A DNA stretch of 61,149 nucleotides, filler included, from Candidatus Woesearchaeota archaeon (GCA_016180285.1; 3 parts of 3 records of this genome joined end to end with filler, not necessarily neighbours in it); one strand, 5' to 3'; positions 21,777 to 31,829 are shown, numbered from the whole stretch's first letter. The notes: generated from the sequence alone by a model not told the origin. A program made the numbers and translations.

Positions 21777-21919
21777 TTGTGATTATAGTAAGTCCCCCGA
21801 TTAATAAACTTTGCTAAACCGAGTAACAAACAGATTTCTCTTTTTCACAATTTTGAACAGAAAACTTTAATTGTTTTTCTGTTCACGGAATTGCACAGTG
21901 CATTTTTTCGTCTTTTTCT

Positions 21920-21932
21920 TACGTTTTTCGTA
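21920..21932. promoter_or_regulatory. Putative Lrp/LysM-type operator upstream of lrp-dapB
   Basis: TACGT-TTT-TCGTA before CGAAACC-TTTATATA. Confidence 0.6.
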
Positions 21933-21976
21933 CCAAAATCGAAACCTTTATATATGATTTCGTATTCCCGAGGCTT

Positions 21977-22378
21977 ATGGATGCGGTGGATCACAGGATA
22001 ATTCAGATGCTCAAGGAAGACGCAAGAATGCCTTTTCTGCAGATAGCCAAAAAGCTGAAAGTCAGCGAAGGCACAATAAGGAAAAGGGTTGCAAAGATGA
22101 TCAATGAGGGCGTTATAAAAAAATTCACAGCTGTTTTGTCAGGCGAAGCCACTGTGATAATTGAAGTTTCAACGCATTCAGGAAGGCCGACGCAGCAGAT
22201 CGCAAGGCAGATCAGAAAAATGAATGTTGACGAGATATATGAAGTTGCAGGCCGCTATTCGATATTTGTGACAGTCAAGAGAAACAGCCTTAATGAGGTG
22301 AATGACATTGTTGAGGCGATAAGGGCATTGCCCGGAGTCATACAGACAGAGACATTTCCGGTTTTGAAAGAGGATTAA
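21977..22378 (+). CDS. Lrp/AsnC family regulator (LysM-like)
   Basis: MDAVDHRIIQMLKEDARMPFLQIAKKLKVSEGTIRKRV HTH; RAM domain YEVAGRY, IRALPGV. Confidence 0.92.
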   Translation: MDAVDHRIIQMLKEDARMPFLQIAKKLKVSEGTIRKRVAKMINEGVIKKFTAVLSGEATVIIEVSTHSGRPTQQIARQIRKMNVDEIYEVAGRYSIFVTVKRNSLNEVNDIVEAIRALPGVIQTETFPVLKED

Positions 22379-22431
22379 AAGCATAAAGAATAAAAACAGC
22401 AAAAGCATACGCTATATTTGGGGGGTTAAAA

Positions 22432-23181
22432 ATGAACATTGCGCTTATAGGATATGGGAAAATGGGAAACATCATTGAAAAAATTGCCAGAGCCAGGGGG
22501 CACACTATTAAGGCAATTGTTGATCCAAATATAAAAGGCAGCAACGTGCATAATGAAATAACAGAATCTGCCTTGAAAGATGTTGATGTATGCCTTGATT
22601 TCACGCATCCGTCTGTTGTTATAGAAAACATCAAAAAGGCTGCAAAGCTTGGCAAGAGCATTGTTGTCGGCACAACAGGATGGTATGATAAGCTGGAAGA
22701 AGTAAAAGATGTTGTTAAGAAATCAAATATTGGCCTGATATACAGCGGCAACTTTTCAATAGGAGTGAACATTTTTTTAAAAATAATAGAGAATGCTGCA
22801 AAGCTGATGAACAATGCCCCGGAATATGATATTTTTGCATACGAGCTGCACCACAGCCAGAAAGCAGATTCGCCAAGCGGAACAGCAAAGATGATCGGCG
22901 ACATTTTGATAAAGAACATTGAAAGAAAAAATAAGATTGCAACAGAAAGGCTGGACAGAAAAATCAGCCCGGATGAAATACATTTTGCCAGCGTTAGAGG
23001 CGGAACAATACCGGGGACTCATGCAATAGGATTCGACAGCGCAGCAGACACAATTGAATTAACGCATACTGCAAGAAACAGGGAAGGATTTGCTTTAGGC
23101 GCTGTAATGGCTGCTGAGTTCATAAAAGGAAAAAAAGGGTTTTACGGGATTGATGATTTGATGAAAAACATAATGAAATAG
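22432..23181 (+). CDS. dapB: 4-hydroxy-tetrahydrodipicolinate reductase
   Basis: GYGKMG, DFTHP, VGTTGW, NFSIGV, ELHHSQKADSPSGTA, REGFALGA. Confidence 0.96.
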   Translation: MNIALIGYGKMGNIIEKIARARGHTIKAIVDPNIKGSNVHNEITESALKDVDVCLDFTHPSVVIENIKKAAKLGKSIVVGTTGWYDKLEEVKDVVKKSNIGLIYSGNFSIGVNIFLKIIENAAKLMNNAPEYDIFAYELHHSQKADSPSGTAKMIGDILIKNIERKNKIATERLDRKISPDEIHFASVRGGTIPGTHAIGFDSAADTIELTHTARNREGFALGAVMAAEFIKGKKGFYGIDDLMKNIMK

Positions 23182-23189
23182 GTGCAAAA

Positions 23190-23549
23190 ATGTACTATCG
23201 AACTTTAATACCGGAGAATGCGGAAGTCAAAAAAGGAGATTTGGTATACAAACGAGGCAGAATCTTCAATAGCTATTATAGGATTGAACAGATAGTACCG
23301 GAAGAAAATACAACTGGGCTGGTATTAATGCATATGCCAAAGGTTATGGTGTTATGTCTTTTAGGTGGAGATATCATGGTGGTTACTCAACCATTTAATT
23401 TAAATGAAATCAAAGAATTAACTACATTAGAGGATATAGTTATTCCAACTCTTGGAAAAGAGCCTATGCTGATAAAACTTGCAAAAAGAATCGGCTATAG
23501 CAGAGGCAATGAATTTGATAAAAAAGAACTACAACAAACTGGAGGATGA
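23190..23549 (+). CDS. Hypothetical protein within the dap operon
   Basis: 119-aa ORF between dapB and dapA, overlapping the dapA start. Confidence 0.65.
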   Translation: MYYRTLIPENAEVKKGDLVYKRGRIFNSYYRIEQIVPEENTTGLVLMHMPKVMVLCLLGGDIMVVTQPFNLNEIKELTTLEDIVIPTLGKEPMLIKLAKRIGYSRGNEFDKKELQQTGG

Positions 23550-24439
23550 TGAAAATGTTTAAAGGAGTTTATACTGCGATAATCACTCCGTTCAAGGAGG
23601 ATGAAAGCGTTGATGTAATTGCATTTAAAAGGCTGATAAATTTCAACATCGAGAAAGGAGTTGCGGGAATTGTGCCGTGCGGAACAACTGGCGAAAGCCC
23701 TACACTAGATCACAAAGAACATGATAAAGTAATAGAATTGGCTGTAAAGTATGCCAAAAAAAGAGTTACTGTAATAGCCGGCACAGGAAGCAATTCAACA
23801 AAGGAAGCAATAAGGCTTACAAAGCACGCTGAGGAAGCAGGAGCAGATGCCTGCTTATTAGTTAATCCGTATTACAACAAGCCGACGCAGGAAGGGCTGT
23901 ACAGGCACTTCAAAGCTATAGCAGATGCTGTAAAGTTTCCGTGCATTGTTTACAATATAAAAGGAAGAACGGGTGTTAATTTAGAAACAGCAACATTAAT
24001 CAGGCTGGCGAATGACTGCAAAAACATTGTTGGGGTCAAAGAAGCGTCTGGCGACCTTAACCAGATAAAAGAGGTTATAGCAAAAAGGCCAAGCGGATTT
24101 TCAGTTTTATCCGGCGATGATAATCTGACTTTTGAAGTGATAAAAGCAGGAGGAGACGGCGTGATTTCAGTTGCATCGAACATAATTCCTGACAGGGTTG
24201 TGAAGATGGCTGATCTTGCATTGAAAGGGAATTTCGAAGAGGCTGAAAAGCTAAACAATGAGTTAATGCCTTTTTTCAGCGCAATATTCATAGAAACAAA
24301 CCCAATCCCGATAAAGGCGATGCTTGCAATGAAGGGAATGTGCAAGGAAGTTTATCGATTGCCAATGTGCGAGCTAAGCGCTGAGCATAGGGAAAAGGTA
24401 AAAGAAGTTTTGATTCAATACGGCATTCTAAAGAGCTAA
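23546..24439 (+). CDS. dapA: 4-hydroxy-tetrahydrodipicolinate synthase
   Basis: GTTGES, AGTGSNST, PYYNKP, YNIKGRTG, GVKEASG, SGDD, ETNPIPIK. Confidence 0.96.
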   Translation: MMKMFKGVYTAIITPFKEDESVDVIAFKRLINFNIEKGVAGIVPCGTTGESPTLDHKEHDKVIELAVKYAKKRVTVIAGTGSNSTKEAIRLTKHAEEAGADACLLVNPYYNKPTQEGLYRHFKAIADAVKFPCIVYNIKGRTGVNLETATLIRLANDCKNIVGVKEASGDLNQIKEVIAKRPSGFSVLSGDDNLTFEVIKAGGDGVISVASNIIPDRVVKMADLALKGNFEEAEKLNNELMPFFSAIFIETNPIPIKAMLAMKGMCKEVYRLPMCELSAEHREKVKEVLIQYGILKS

Positions 24440-24455
24440 AAGGGAGAAATGTGAA

Positions 24456-24899
24456 ATGCAGAAAATTAAAGTAGGAATTTTAGGGGCAACTGGAGCAGTC
24501 GGGCAACGATTCATTGAATTGCTTGAGAATCATCCTTGGTTTGAAGTAGCTGCAGTCGCAGCTTCGCCAAGGTCCGCTGGCAGGAAATACTCAGAAGCAG
24601 TTGAAGGCAGGTGGTTCTCTAAAAAAGAAATTCCTGCTAATGCCAAAGACTTAATAGTCTCTGATGTTGCAAATATTGAAGGAATCAAAAATAAGGTTGA
24701 TTTTGTATTCTCAGCTATAGAGGCGTCCAAGGATGAAATTAAAGCTTTTGAAGACAAATATGCAGAAAATGACATCCCTGTAGTATCTAATAATTCAGCA
24801 CATCGCTGGACAAAGGATGTCCCGATGATTATGCCTGAGATTAACCCGCATCATCTTGATATGATCAAGATACAGCAAAAAAATCATGGCTGGAAAAAA
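24456..24899 (+). CDS. asd: Aspartate-semialdehyde dehydrogenase, truncated at contig end
   Basis: GILGATGAVGQRF, HPWFE, SNNSAHR, DVPMIMPEIN. Confidence 0.92.
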
Positions 24900-24999
24900 N
24901 NNNNNNNNNNNNNNNNNNNNNNNNNNNNNNNNNNNNNNNNNNNTTAATTAATTAANNNNNNNNNNNNNNNNNNNNNNNNNNNNNNNNNNNNNNNNNNNN
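24900..24999. other. Artificial contig linker
   Basis: 100 nt of N with central TTAATTAATTAA (stops in all six frames). Confidence 0.95.
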
Positions 25000-25210
25000 C
25001 CATACGCAGTGTGGGAAAATTGCGTCCGCAAAGTTATGACGCAGGGGCACACCGTCGTCCAATCCAATGAGCGAAGCGATAAATCAAGGACAATCGTTAA
25101 GGGGCACACTCACAAAAAATAGTAATAAGAATCGGGGGCGTATCGTATGTATCTAAAATATACCTATCTTGTGGTATCGTTATATAAAATTTGTATCTTG
25201 ACATTAAGTC

Positions 25211-25954
25211 ATGGATGTTAAAATATTACAAGGTTTCAAAAAAGATTTTCTTGTTGTGAAATCGAAAGGATTTATTGAATCTCACAGAACACATAATACT
25301 GGAATTGGAAAAACATTTGAAGATGCAATAGGTATAGTGGAAAATAATAGTTCTCTTGCAGATTATCAAGGAATTTTAGAGATTAAATCAAAGAGAGATT
25401 TATCAAAAAGTATGCTAACATTATTTACAAAATCTCCCTCAAATCCCAAAGGTGCAAACTCTTACTTGAGAGAAACGTATGGTCATCCAGATAAGAATAA
25501 TATGAAAATATTGCATACAACCATATCTGGTGCAAAATTCAACACGTTCTTTTCAAAGATTGGATTTAAGCTGGAAGTTGACGAAAAAGCAGAAAAAATA
25601 TTTATCTTGGTTAAAGATTTGACAACTGACAAAATAATTGATGATTCAATCTATTACACTTTTGCAGACTTAAAACAGATTATTGAGACAAAATGCGAAC
25701 AAATTGCTTTTATAAATGCAGAAACAAAACTTGAAAGTGGAAAGGAGTTTTTCTATTTCAAAGAAGCTACTTTGTTAAAGGATTTGACATTTCAAAAATT
25801 TATTCAATTTGTTAAAGATGGATTAATTGTTTATGATATCAGAATTGGTGTTTATGGTATGGGTTCAAGCAAAGGAAAAACACACGACCATGGTTCTGGT
25901 TTTAGAGTTCTAAAAAACAACATCCCAAAAGTGTTCAAAGTTGAAGAAATTTGA
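25211..25954 (+). CDS. Type II restriction endonuclease, MvaI/BcnI family
   Basis: TGIGKTFEDAIGIVENN, AD...EIKSKR, LTLFTKSP, HDHGSGFR. Confidence 0.85.
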   Translation: MDVKILQGFKKDFLVVKSKGFIESHRTHNTGIGKTFEDAIGIVENNSSLADYQGILEIKSKRDLSKSMLTLFTKSPSNPKGANSYLRETYGHPDKNNMKILHTTISGAKFNTFFSKIGFKLEVDEKAEKIFILVKDLTTDKIIDDSIYYTFADLKQIIETKCEQIAFINAETKLESGKEFFYFKEATLLKDLTFQKFIQFVKDGLIVYDIRIGVYGMGSSKGKTHDHGSGFRVLKNNIPKVFKVEEI

Positions 25955-27244
25955 TTATTGTTTCTCAATAATAACTATCCATTCTTCGTTCATAGTTACA
26001 GCATGATTACCGACTATGTTTGTTGGAGAATTTAATTTAGGCATTCTTTTATGGGGGATATTTCTAATAAATGTATTGTGGTGTTTGTAATGATTTTTTG
26101 CTTGGAACAATTCTAATATTATTTCATCCGTTGGAATTTGAATGCCTTTTACTGTTCGATTGCCTACAACAAAGCACATAAATGCTCCTTTTTTAGTAAC
26201 TCTGTGTAATTCTTGAGTGCATTTATCAAAATCAACATAAAAGCTTAAAACATCTTTTGCTCTGCGAGGATCAATTTTAGAGATTGCATCTAAAGTTTTT
26301 TTCAAGGTTGGAGAGCCTAAACCATTGTGTAAATCTTTAGTTGGTATCCCGCCTAAACTTACTTTATCAATATTCAAAACTTCCTCTTTTCCATAATCCA
26401 ACCATTGTAAGCCTAATCTTGAAAACTGACCATAAGCTACTGTTGTCCTGCTATCTCCATAGGGCGGAGAAGTTACAATTAAATCAACACTATTTGCAGG
26501 AATTGAAGTAAGTTTTCTGCTATCTTCTGCTAAAATATTGACTTGACATTTATGATTATGGACTTTAAAGTATTCTTCCATCCCGATTATGCTCTTTGAT
26601 GCCTTGCCTTTAAATTCTTCAAAAGTATTTGGATTGTGTTTTCTCAGCATACTTTGGCTCATTCTGTAAAGTTTGTATTCCTTGTTTCGTGTGTTTGATA
26701 CATTCCTAACAGTTTCAGAAAAAGCTATTAAGAAAAAATCTTTAATATCCTTATCTTTAATTTTTTCAATATTTTGTTTAATTATTGCTAAATCAGTTAT
26801 AACTTGAGATTTAAACCAGAATCCAATATTAAAAAAATCTGGTTTTGTAATTTCTTTTTCTCTAAAATTAACTGCCTTTTTATCGGCATTGCATCTTGAG
26901 ATTAATTGACGGTATTCTTCTTTTAGAGTTTCTGGATTAATTGGAGTAGTTTTTACTTTTGAAATTAACAAAGCAAGAGGGTTTATATCTATTCCAAAAG
27001 CTTTCTTGAAGTTTTTATGCAGTTTTGCCTCTAAAAGGGCTGTTCCTGAACCCATGAAAGGGTCTAATAAAACCTCTTTATCTTTCCCATACATTTGAAT
27101 TAATCTTCTTGCTACTTGTGGAATCATCATGGCAGGGTAAGTATGAAACCCATGATTACTATATTTAGTAAATGCATCTCTAAAATCCCATGATTCATCC
27201 TTAAATTTTATCCCATTATTTTCCATTAAGCTTATTGACTGCAT
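25955..27244 (-). CDS. N4-cytosine DNA methyltransferase (alpha order)
   Basis: HTYPAMM, motif I DPFMGSGT before motif IV TSPPY. Confidence 0.9.
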   Translation of the reverse strand: MQSISLMENNGIKFKDESWDFRDAFTKYSNHGFHTYPAMMIPQVARRLIQMYGKDKEVLLDPFMGSGTALLEAKLHKNFKKAFGIDINPLALLISKVKTTPINPETLKEEYRQLISRCNADKKAVNFREKEITKPDFFNIGFWFKSQVITDLAIIKQNIEKIKDKDIKDFFLIAFSETVRNVSNTRNKEYKLYRMSQSMLRKHNPNTFEEFKGKASKSIIGMEEYFKVHNHKCQVNILAEDSRKLTSIPANSVDLIVTSPPYGDSRTTVAYGQFSRLGLQWLDYGKEEVLNIDKVSLGGIPTKDLHNGLGSPTLKKTLDAISKIDPRRAKDVLSFYVDFDKCTQELHRVTKKGAFMCFVVGNRTVKGIQIPTDEIILELFQAKNHYKHHNTFIRNIPHKRMPKLNSPTNIVGNHAVTMNEEWIVIIEKQ

Positions 27245-27482
27245 TTTTTCCTACTTCTGTCAGTTCATATAACCTGCCTTTTCTTGCACCTTCATTTAAG
27301 CATTTAACTATATTTTTGTCTTTTAATTCTTTTAAAAACATGCTGACATGATTTAATCTTATTTTTGTTTTATTGGCAATTTCAGAAGGAGTAAGTGTAT
27401 CATTGCCTATTGCTTGAACAATCTTTAGCCTATATTCACTTGATTTTAACAATGAAATAGCATTTACCATCCCCTTTTCCAT
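27216..27482 (-). CDS. Winged-helix regulator of the R-M cassette
   Basis: SEYRLKIV, TPSEIA, HVSMFLKEL, GRLYELTEVG; overlaps methyltransferase start. Confidence 0.8.
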   Translation of the reverse strand: MEKGMVNAISLLKSSEYRLKIVQAIGNDTLTPSEIANKTKIRLNHVSMFLKELKDKNIVKCLNEGARKGRLYELTEVGKNAVNKLNGK

Positions 27483-27573
27483 ACCTCTTGATTAAATACA
27501 TCGATATATATGTTTAGCTACATTTTAGATACAAGATAAAGACATATATAAAGTTATCGGATTGATAAGCATT

Positions 27574-27978
27574 TCACAATCCAATCCACTTATCCACATC
27601 TTTTGCTATCTTTTTCAGGTCTTCATAAGCCCTTTTTGCATCATTCTCGATCTCATCAATAAGAATTTCCAGCTTGTCAACTCTTAGCAGATATTTCCTT
27701 CCTTCATGCGTGATAATTCCTGCTTCCACAAGCTTGTTTATGTGATGCACAACTGTTCCTCTTGTTAAATCAAGCTTATAAGCGACTTCATCGCTTGACA
27801 GCGGCTTCTTTGTTTTGGCGCTTTTCACAAACTCAACAAAAATGCGGAAGCAGCTGCTGTCTTTATCGCGCAGATTGAACAGGCCAAGAGAGCTTCCAAG
27901 CCATTGCAGTTCACGGTTAATGTTCTTTTCAATGGGTTTGTTAGAAGTTATTATTGTGAATTTAAATGCCTGCGCCAT
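27574..27978 (-). CDS. ArsR-like winged-helix regulator, divergent from grpE
   Basis: LSSDEVAYKLDLTRGTVVHHINKLVEAGII. Confidence 0.8.
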   Translation of the reverse strand: MAQAFKFTIITSNKPIEKNINRELQWLGSSLGLFNLRDKDSSCFRIFVEFVKSAKTKKPLSSDEVAYKLDLTRGTVVHHINKLVEAGIITHEGRKYLLRVDKLEILIDEIENDAKRAYEDLKKIAKDVDKWIGL

Positions 27979-28058
27979 ATCTTATAGCAAGACGCCTTTA
28001 TATATAAAACTTTCCCTTTTAAACCGAAAACTATTTAAATAAGTTCATCTTACCACAG

Positions 28059-28083
28059 TTTCGTTGATTTAAAGTCAACGAAA
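28059..28083. promoter_or_regulatory. Inverted repeat between TATA box and grpE
   Basis: TTTCGTTGA-TTTAAAG-TCAACGAAA. Confidence 0.55.
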
Positions 28084-28128
28084 TAAAGGGGGTTGCAGTG
28101 CTTTGAAAAAGCGAGTTGATATGCAAAA

Positions 28129-28623
28129 ATGGCTGAAAAAACAGAGAACAGAAACAAAGAAGAAAAAGAGAACACGGATTTTAAAAAACAAATGGCAGAA
28201 AAAGAAGCCAGAATAAAAGAATTAACAGAATTACTTCAGAGACTGCAGGCAGATTTTGAAAATTACAAAAAAAGGGCTGAAAAGGAGAAATGCGATCTTG
28301 CAGGATATACTGCATGCAAATTGATTTCGCAGTTTTTGCCCATACTGGACAGCTTTGAGCTTGCTTTGAAGAATGATCAGGATCATCAGAAGTTTGTAAA
28401 GGGAGTTGAGCTTATTTACTCGCAGTTTTATTCGCTATTGGAGGATTTTGGATTAACGCCAATCGAGGCAGTTGGAAAGAAGTTTGATCCTTATGATCAC
28501 GAAGTCTTGCTGAGCGAGAAATCAGACAAGGATGAAGATATTGTTTTGGAAGAATTGCAGAAGGGCTACAAGCTGGGAGATGTTGTGATCAGGCACAGCA
28601 AAGTGAAGGTGAGCAAAAAATGA
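28129..28623 (+). CDS. grpE: Nucleotide exchange factor GrpE
   Basis: RLQADFENYKKR, LPILDSFE, FDPYDHE, QKGYKL...IRHSKV. Confidence 0.96.
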   Translation: MAEKTENRNKEEKENTDFKKQMAEKEARIKELTELLQRLQADFENYKKRAEKEKCDLAGYTACKLISQFLPILDSFELALKNDQDHQKFVKGVELIYSQFYSLLEDFGLTPIEAVGKKFDPYDHEVLLSEKSDKDEDIVLEELQKGYKLGDVVIRHSKVKVSKK

Positions 28624-29006
28624 GCAGACTTGACTGGAGATTTGTTGACAATGTTGTTAATGCAGAGGACTTAGAGCATAAAGAACTTATTGAAAAGGTT
28701 AATGAAGTTAATGAAACAACAGATTTGATGATAACAACATATTGGTTTCATTGTGTTGAAGATGAGTTGAGCAAAGAAGCCCGAAGAAGAGAGGGTGAAG
28801 AGGGAATTTTGGAGATTGCAAGAATTTATGAGCTGCACAGAAATAATCTGGTTAAAGAAAGGCTAAAACAAGAACACGAATCAGCAAAAGGAAAGCTGTA
28901 TGACTATGTGGCGATTCATGCTCCAAGTGTTGTTGAAGGGCTGAGCCACAGGGAAATTTTAAAACAAATCAAATATTTCATGAAAACGCATCCAGAATGG
29001 TCATAA
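28620..29006 (+). CDS. Hypothetical protein
   Basis: 128 aa, ATGA overlap with grpE. Confidence 0.7.
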   Translation: MSRLDWRFVDNVVNAEDLEHKELIEKVNEVNETTDLMITTYWFHCVEDELSKEARRREGEEGILEIARIYELHRNNLVKERLKQEHESAKGKLYDYVAIHAPSVVEGLSHREILKQIKYFMKTHPEWS

Positions 29007-29506
29007 AAAGAGAAACAAAAACAGCAGAAATTTTAGAATTAGGCAAAATAGAATGCGGAGATTGCGATCACTGCTGCCGCTTTGGAGGCGGTTATCTGCT
29101 TCCTGAAGAGATCAAAGAGCTTTCAAAAAAGCTGAAATTAAGCGAAGAAGAGTTCAAAAAAAAGTATTTAGAAGAAACAGAAAAGTTCAACACAAAATTA
29201 TTCCGATTCCGATCAATAAAAATAAAAAACAATTACGGACCATGCATTTTTTTAGAGAATAAAAAATGCGCAATACATGAATTCAAGCCCCTATATTGCA
29301 GGATAGGGACATGCAGCAAAGACGGCGAAGAGATAGTTAAGTGGTTTGATTTGAATTTTTGCGTGAATGCAAATGACCCTGAATCGATAAGGCAGTATGC
29401 ATCGTTCCTCAAGTCGAACAATGCAGTAGAAGGCGGGGAATTGAAAGATTTGGTAAAAAATGAGGAGAAGCTTAAAAAAATATTAAGCTACAGTATGCTG
29501 AAATGA
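28997..29506 (+). CDS. YkgJ-family cysteine cluster protein
   Basis: CGDCDHCC, CIFL, CAIHEFKPLYCR. Confidence 0.85.
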   Translation: MVIKRETKTAEILELGKIECGDCDHCCRFGGGYLLPEEIKELSKKLKLSEEEFKKKYLEETEKFNTKLFRFRSIKIKNNYGPCIFLENKKCAIHEFKPLYCRIGTCSKDGEEIVKWFDLNFCVNANDPESIRQYASFLKSNNAVEGGELKDLVKNEEKLKKILSYSMLK

Positions 29507-29512
29507 GTCATG

Positions 29513-29581
29513 ATCAAGCGCAGCGGGCGGCATGGTTTGGACACCTCTTTTTCCATGCTGCCTGCTACTTGATGCAAGGTG
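29513..29581 (+). promoter_or_regulatory. Intergenic RNA hairpin with anti-RBS loop
   Basis: ATCAAG..AGCGGGCGGCATGG/CCATGCTGCCTGCT..CTTGAT; loop CACCT complementary to downstream AGGTG. Confidence 0.55.
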
Positions 29582-29585
29582 AAAA

Positions 29586-29903
29586 ATGAATGAATCAAAC
29601 ATAAAGCAAAAAAAATATGTTACATCAGAGGCTATATTGAGGTATTTGATAGGAGAAGATGACAAGATAGAGACGCTGATAATGTGCGAATCTTCAGAAG
29701 TTGAGATTTTGACATCTGATTTTGAGATTTACGAGGCTCTCGGCTCAATAAAGCCCTATGACAGCTTCAAGCTGAACAAGCTGACAAAATTGTTTGAAGT
29801 TGTGAAGATTGTTTCATACGAGGAAACAATGCATAAGCAGAAGAGCATACTGACTGATGCAAGGGTGGAAGAATTAAGAGAGAAAGCATTGAAGAAAGAA
29901 TAA
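29586..29903 (+). CDS. Hypothetical protein, possibly truncated PIN-like
   Basis: YVTSEAILRYL, ILTSDFEIYEAL; AGGTGA RBS. Confidence 0.7.
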   Translation: MNESNIKQKKYVTSEAILRYLIGEDDKIETLIMCESSEVEILTSDFEIYEALGSIKPYDSFKLNKLTKLFEVVKIVSYEETMHKQKSILTDARVEELREKALKKE

Positions 29904-29938
29904 ATATACTTTAAAACAGAGAATTTAGGAGGACTAAA

Positions 29939-31829
29939 ATGGGAAAGGAAAAAATAATTGGAATTGATCTTGGAACATCTAATTCAGCAGCAGCATTCCT
30001 GGAAGCAGGAAGGCCGAAGATAATACCGAGCAGCGAGGGCGTTACAGCATACGGAAAGGCATTTCCAAGCCATGTTGCATTTACAAAAGACGGGCAGCTG
30101 TTAATAGGAGAGCCGGCCAGAAGGCAGGCTGTTTCAAATTATGAAGGTACAGTCACAGCATTCAAAAGAAAGATGGGGACAACATTCAAATATAATATCA
30201 GGGGCAAAGAATACACGCCTCAGCAGTTATCTGCATTCTTGCTGCAGAAGATAAAAAAAGACGCTGAAGAATTCTTAGGGGAAAAGATAGAAAAAGCCGT
30301 CATAACATGCCCTGCTTATTTTGATGACAACCAAAGGCAGGCAACCAAAGATGCAGGAACAATCGCAGGGCTGGAAGTTGTAAGGATTGTAAACGAGCCG
30401 ACTGCTGCATGCCTTGCTTACGGCCTTGATAAAGCTCAGCAGGAATTCAAGATACTTGTTTTTGACTTAGGCGGCGGAACTTTGGATGTTACAATCATGG
30501 AATTCGGCCAGGGTGTTTTTGAGGTTAAATCCACATCAGGCGATACGCAGCTTGGCGGAACTGATATGGACAATTTAATTGTTGATTTTATAGTTTCTGA
30601 ATTCAAAAAGCAGGAAGGAATTGATGAGAGAAGCAGGGGAAAAGGCAAAGATAGAGCTTTCAACTGTCATTGAAACTGACATTAACCTTCCATTCATAAC
30701 CGCAACAAATGAGGGCCCTAAGCATCTGCAGCTCAAGCTGACAAGGGCAAAGCTGGAGCAGCTTATTGAGCCTATAATAAAGAGATGCAGGCATCCGCTG
30801 GAGCAGGCAATTTCTGATGCAAAGCTAACTGCAAAGGACATTGGCAAGATCATTTTAGTCGGCGGCCCAACAAGAATGCCCATTGTGCAGAAGTTTGTCG
30901 AGGATTTCATCGGCAAAAAAGCTGAAAGAGGGGTTGACCCTATGGAATGCGTTGCAATGGGAGCAGCAATACAGGCAGGGGTTCTTGCCGGTGAAGTAAA
31001 GGATATCTTATTGCTGGACGTTACCCCCTTGACATTGGGAATTGAAACATTGGGCAGCATAAGGACTCCGCTCATAGAAAGGAATACAACTATTCCAACA
31101 AAGAAAAGCCAGGTATTTTCAACAGCTGCTGACAGCCAGACTGCAGTTACAATACATGTCTTGCAGGGCGAAAGGCCTATGGCAGCAGACAACAAGAGCC
31201 TGGGAAGGTTTGATTTGGTCGGCATACCGCCTGCGCCAAGGGGAATTCCGCAGGTCGAAGTAACCTTTGACATTGATGCAAACGGAATATTGCACGTCAC
31301 AGCAAAAGACCTTGGAACTGGAAAGCAGCAGTCAATCAAGATAACTGCGCCAAACAAGCTAAATGAAGCAGATGTTGAAAGGATGAAAAAAGAAGCTGAA
31401 GCGCATGCTGAGGAAGATAAAAAAAGAAAAGAAGACGTTGAAGTCATCAACAATGCGGACACACTGATCTACACAACAGAGAAACTATTCAAGGAATTTG
31501 AAGGAAAAGTAAAGGAAGATGAGTTGGAAGATGTAAAGAAGGAAATGAATGACCTGAAAGAGCTGATGAAAGCTGAGAAGAAAGACGTTGATGCAATAAA
31601 GAAAAAGCTTGAAGAGATAAACGAGAAAATACAGAAATTAAGCACTGAGCTTTATCAGAGGGTTTCAGAAGAAAGGGCTAAGGCGCAGCAAAATGGAGCA
31701 GGCCCTGATTATGTCAATCCAGAAGACATTCCTGAGGAAGAGCAGGAGCAGCCTAAAAAGAAAGATAAGGTTGTTGATGCGGAGGTTGTGAAAGATAAAG
31801 AAGAGAAAAAGGATAAAAAGAAAAAATAG
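29939..31829 (+). CDS. dnaK: Chaperone DnaK, split by a frameshifting deletion at ~30625
   Basis: [24 protein letters not shown] in ORF 29939-30673; [25 protein letters not shown] in ORF 30621-31829. Confidence 0.95.

Noticed and set aside
24944..24955. TTAATTAATTAA as a biological site
   Set aside because: Sits in the middle of N runs in both gaps; a synthetic linker.
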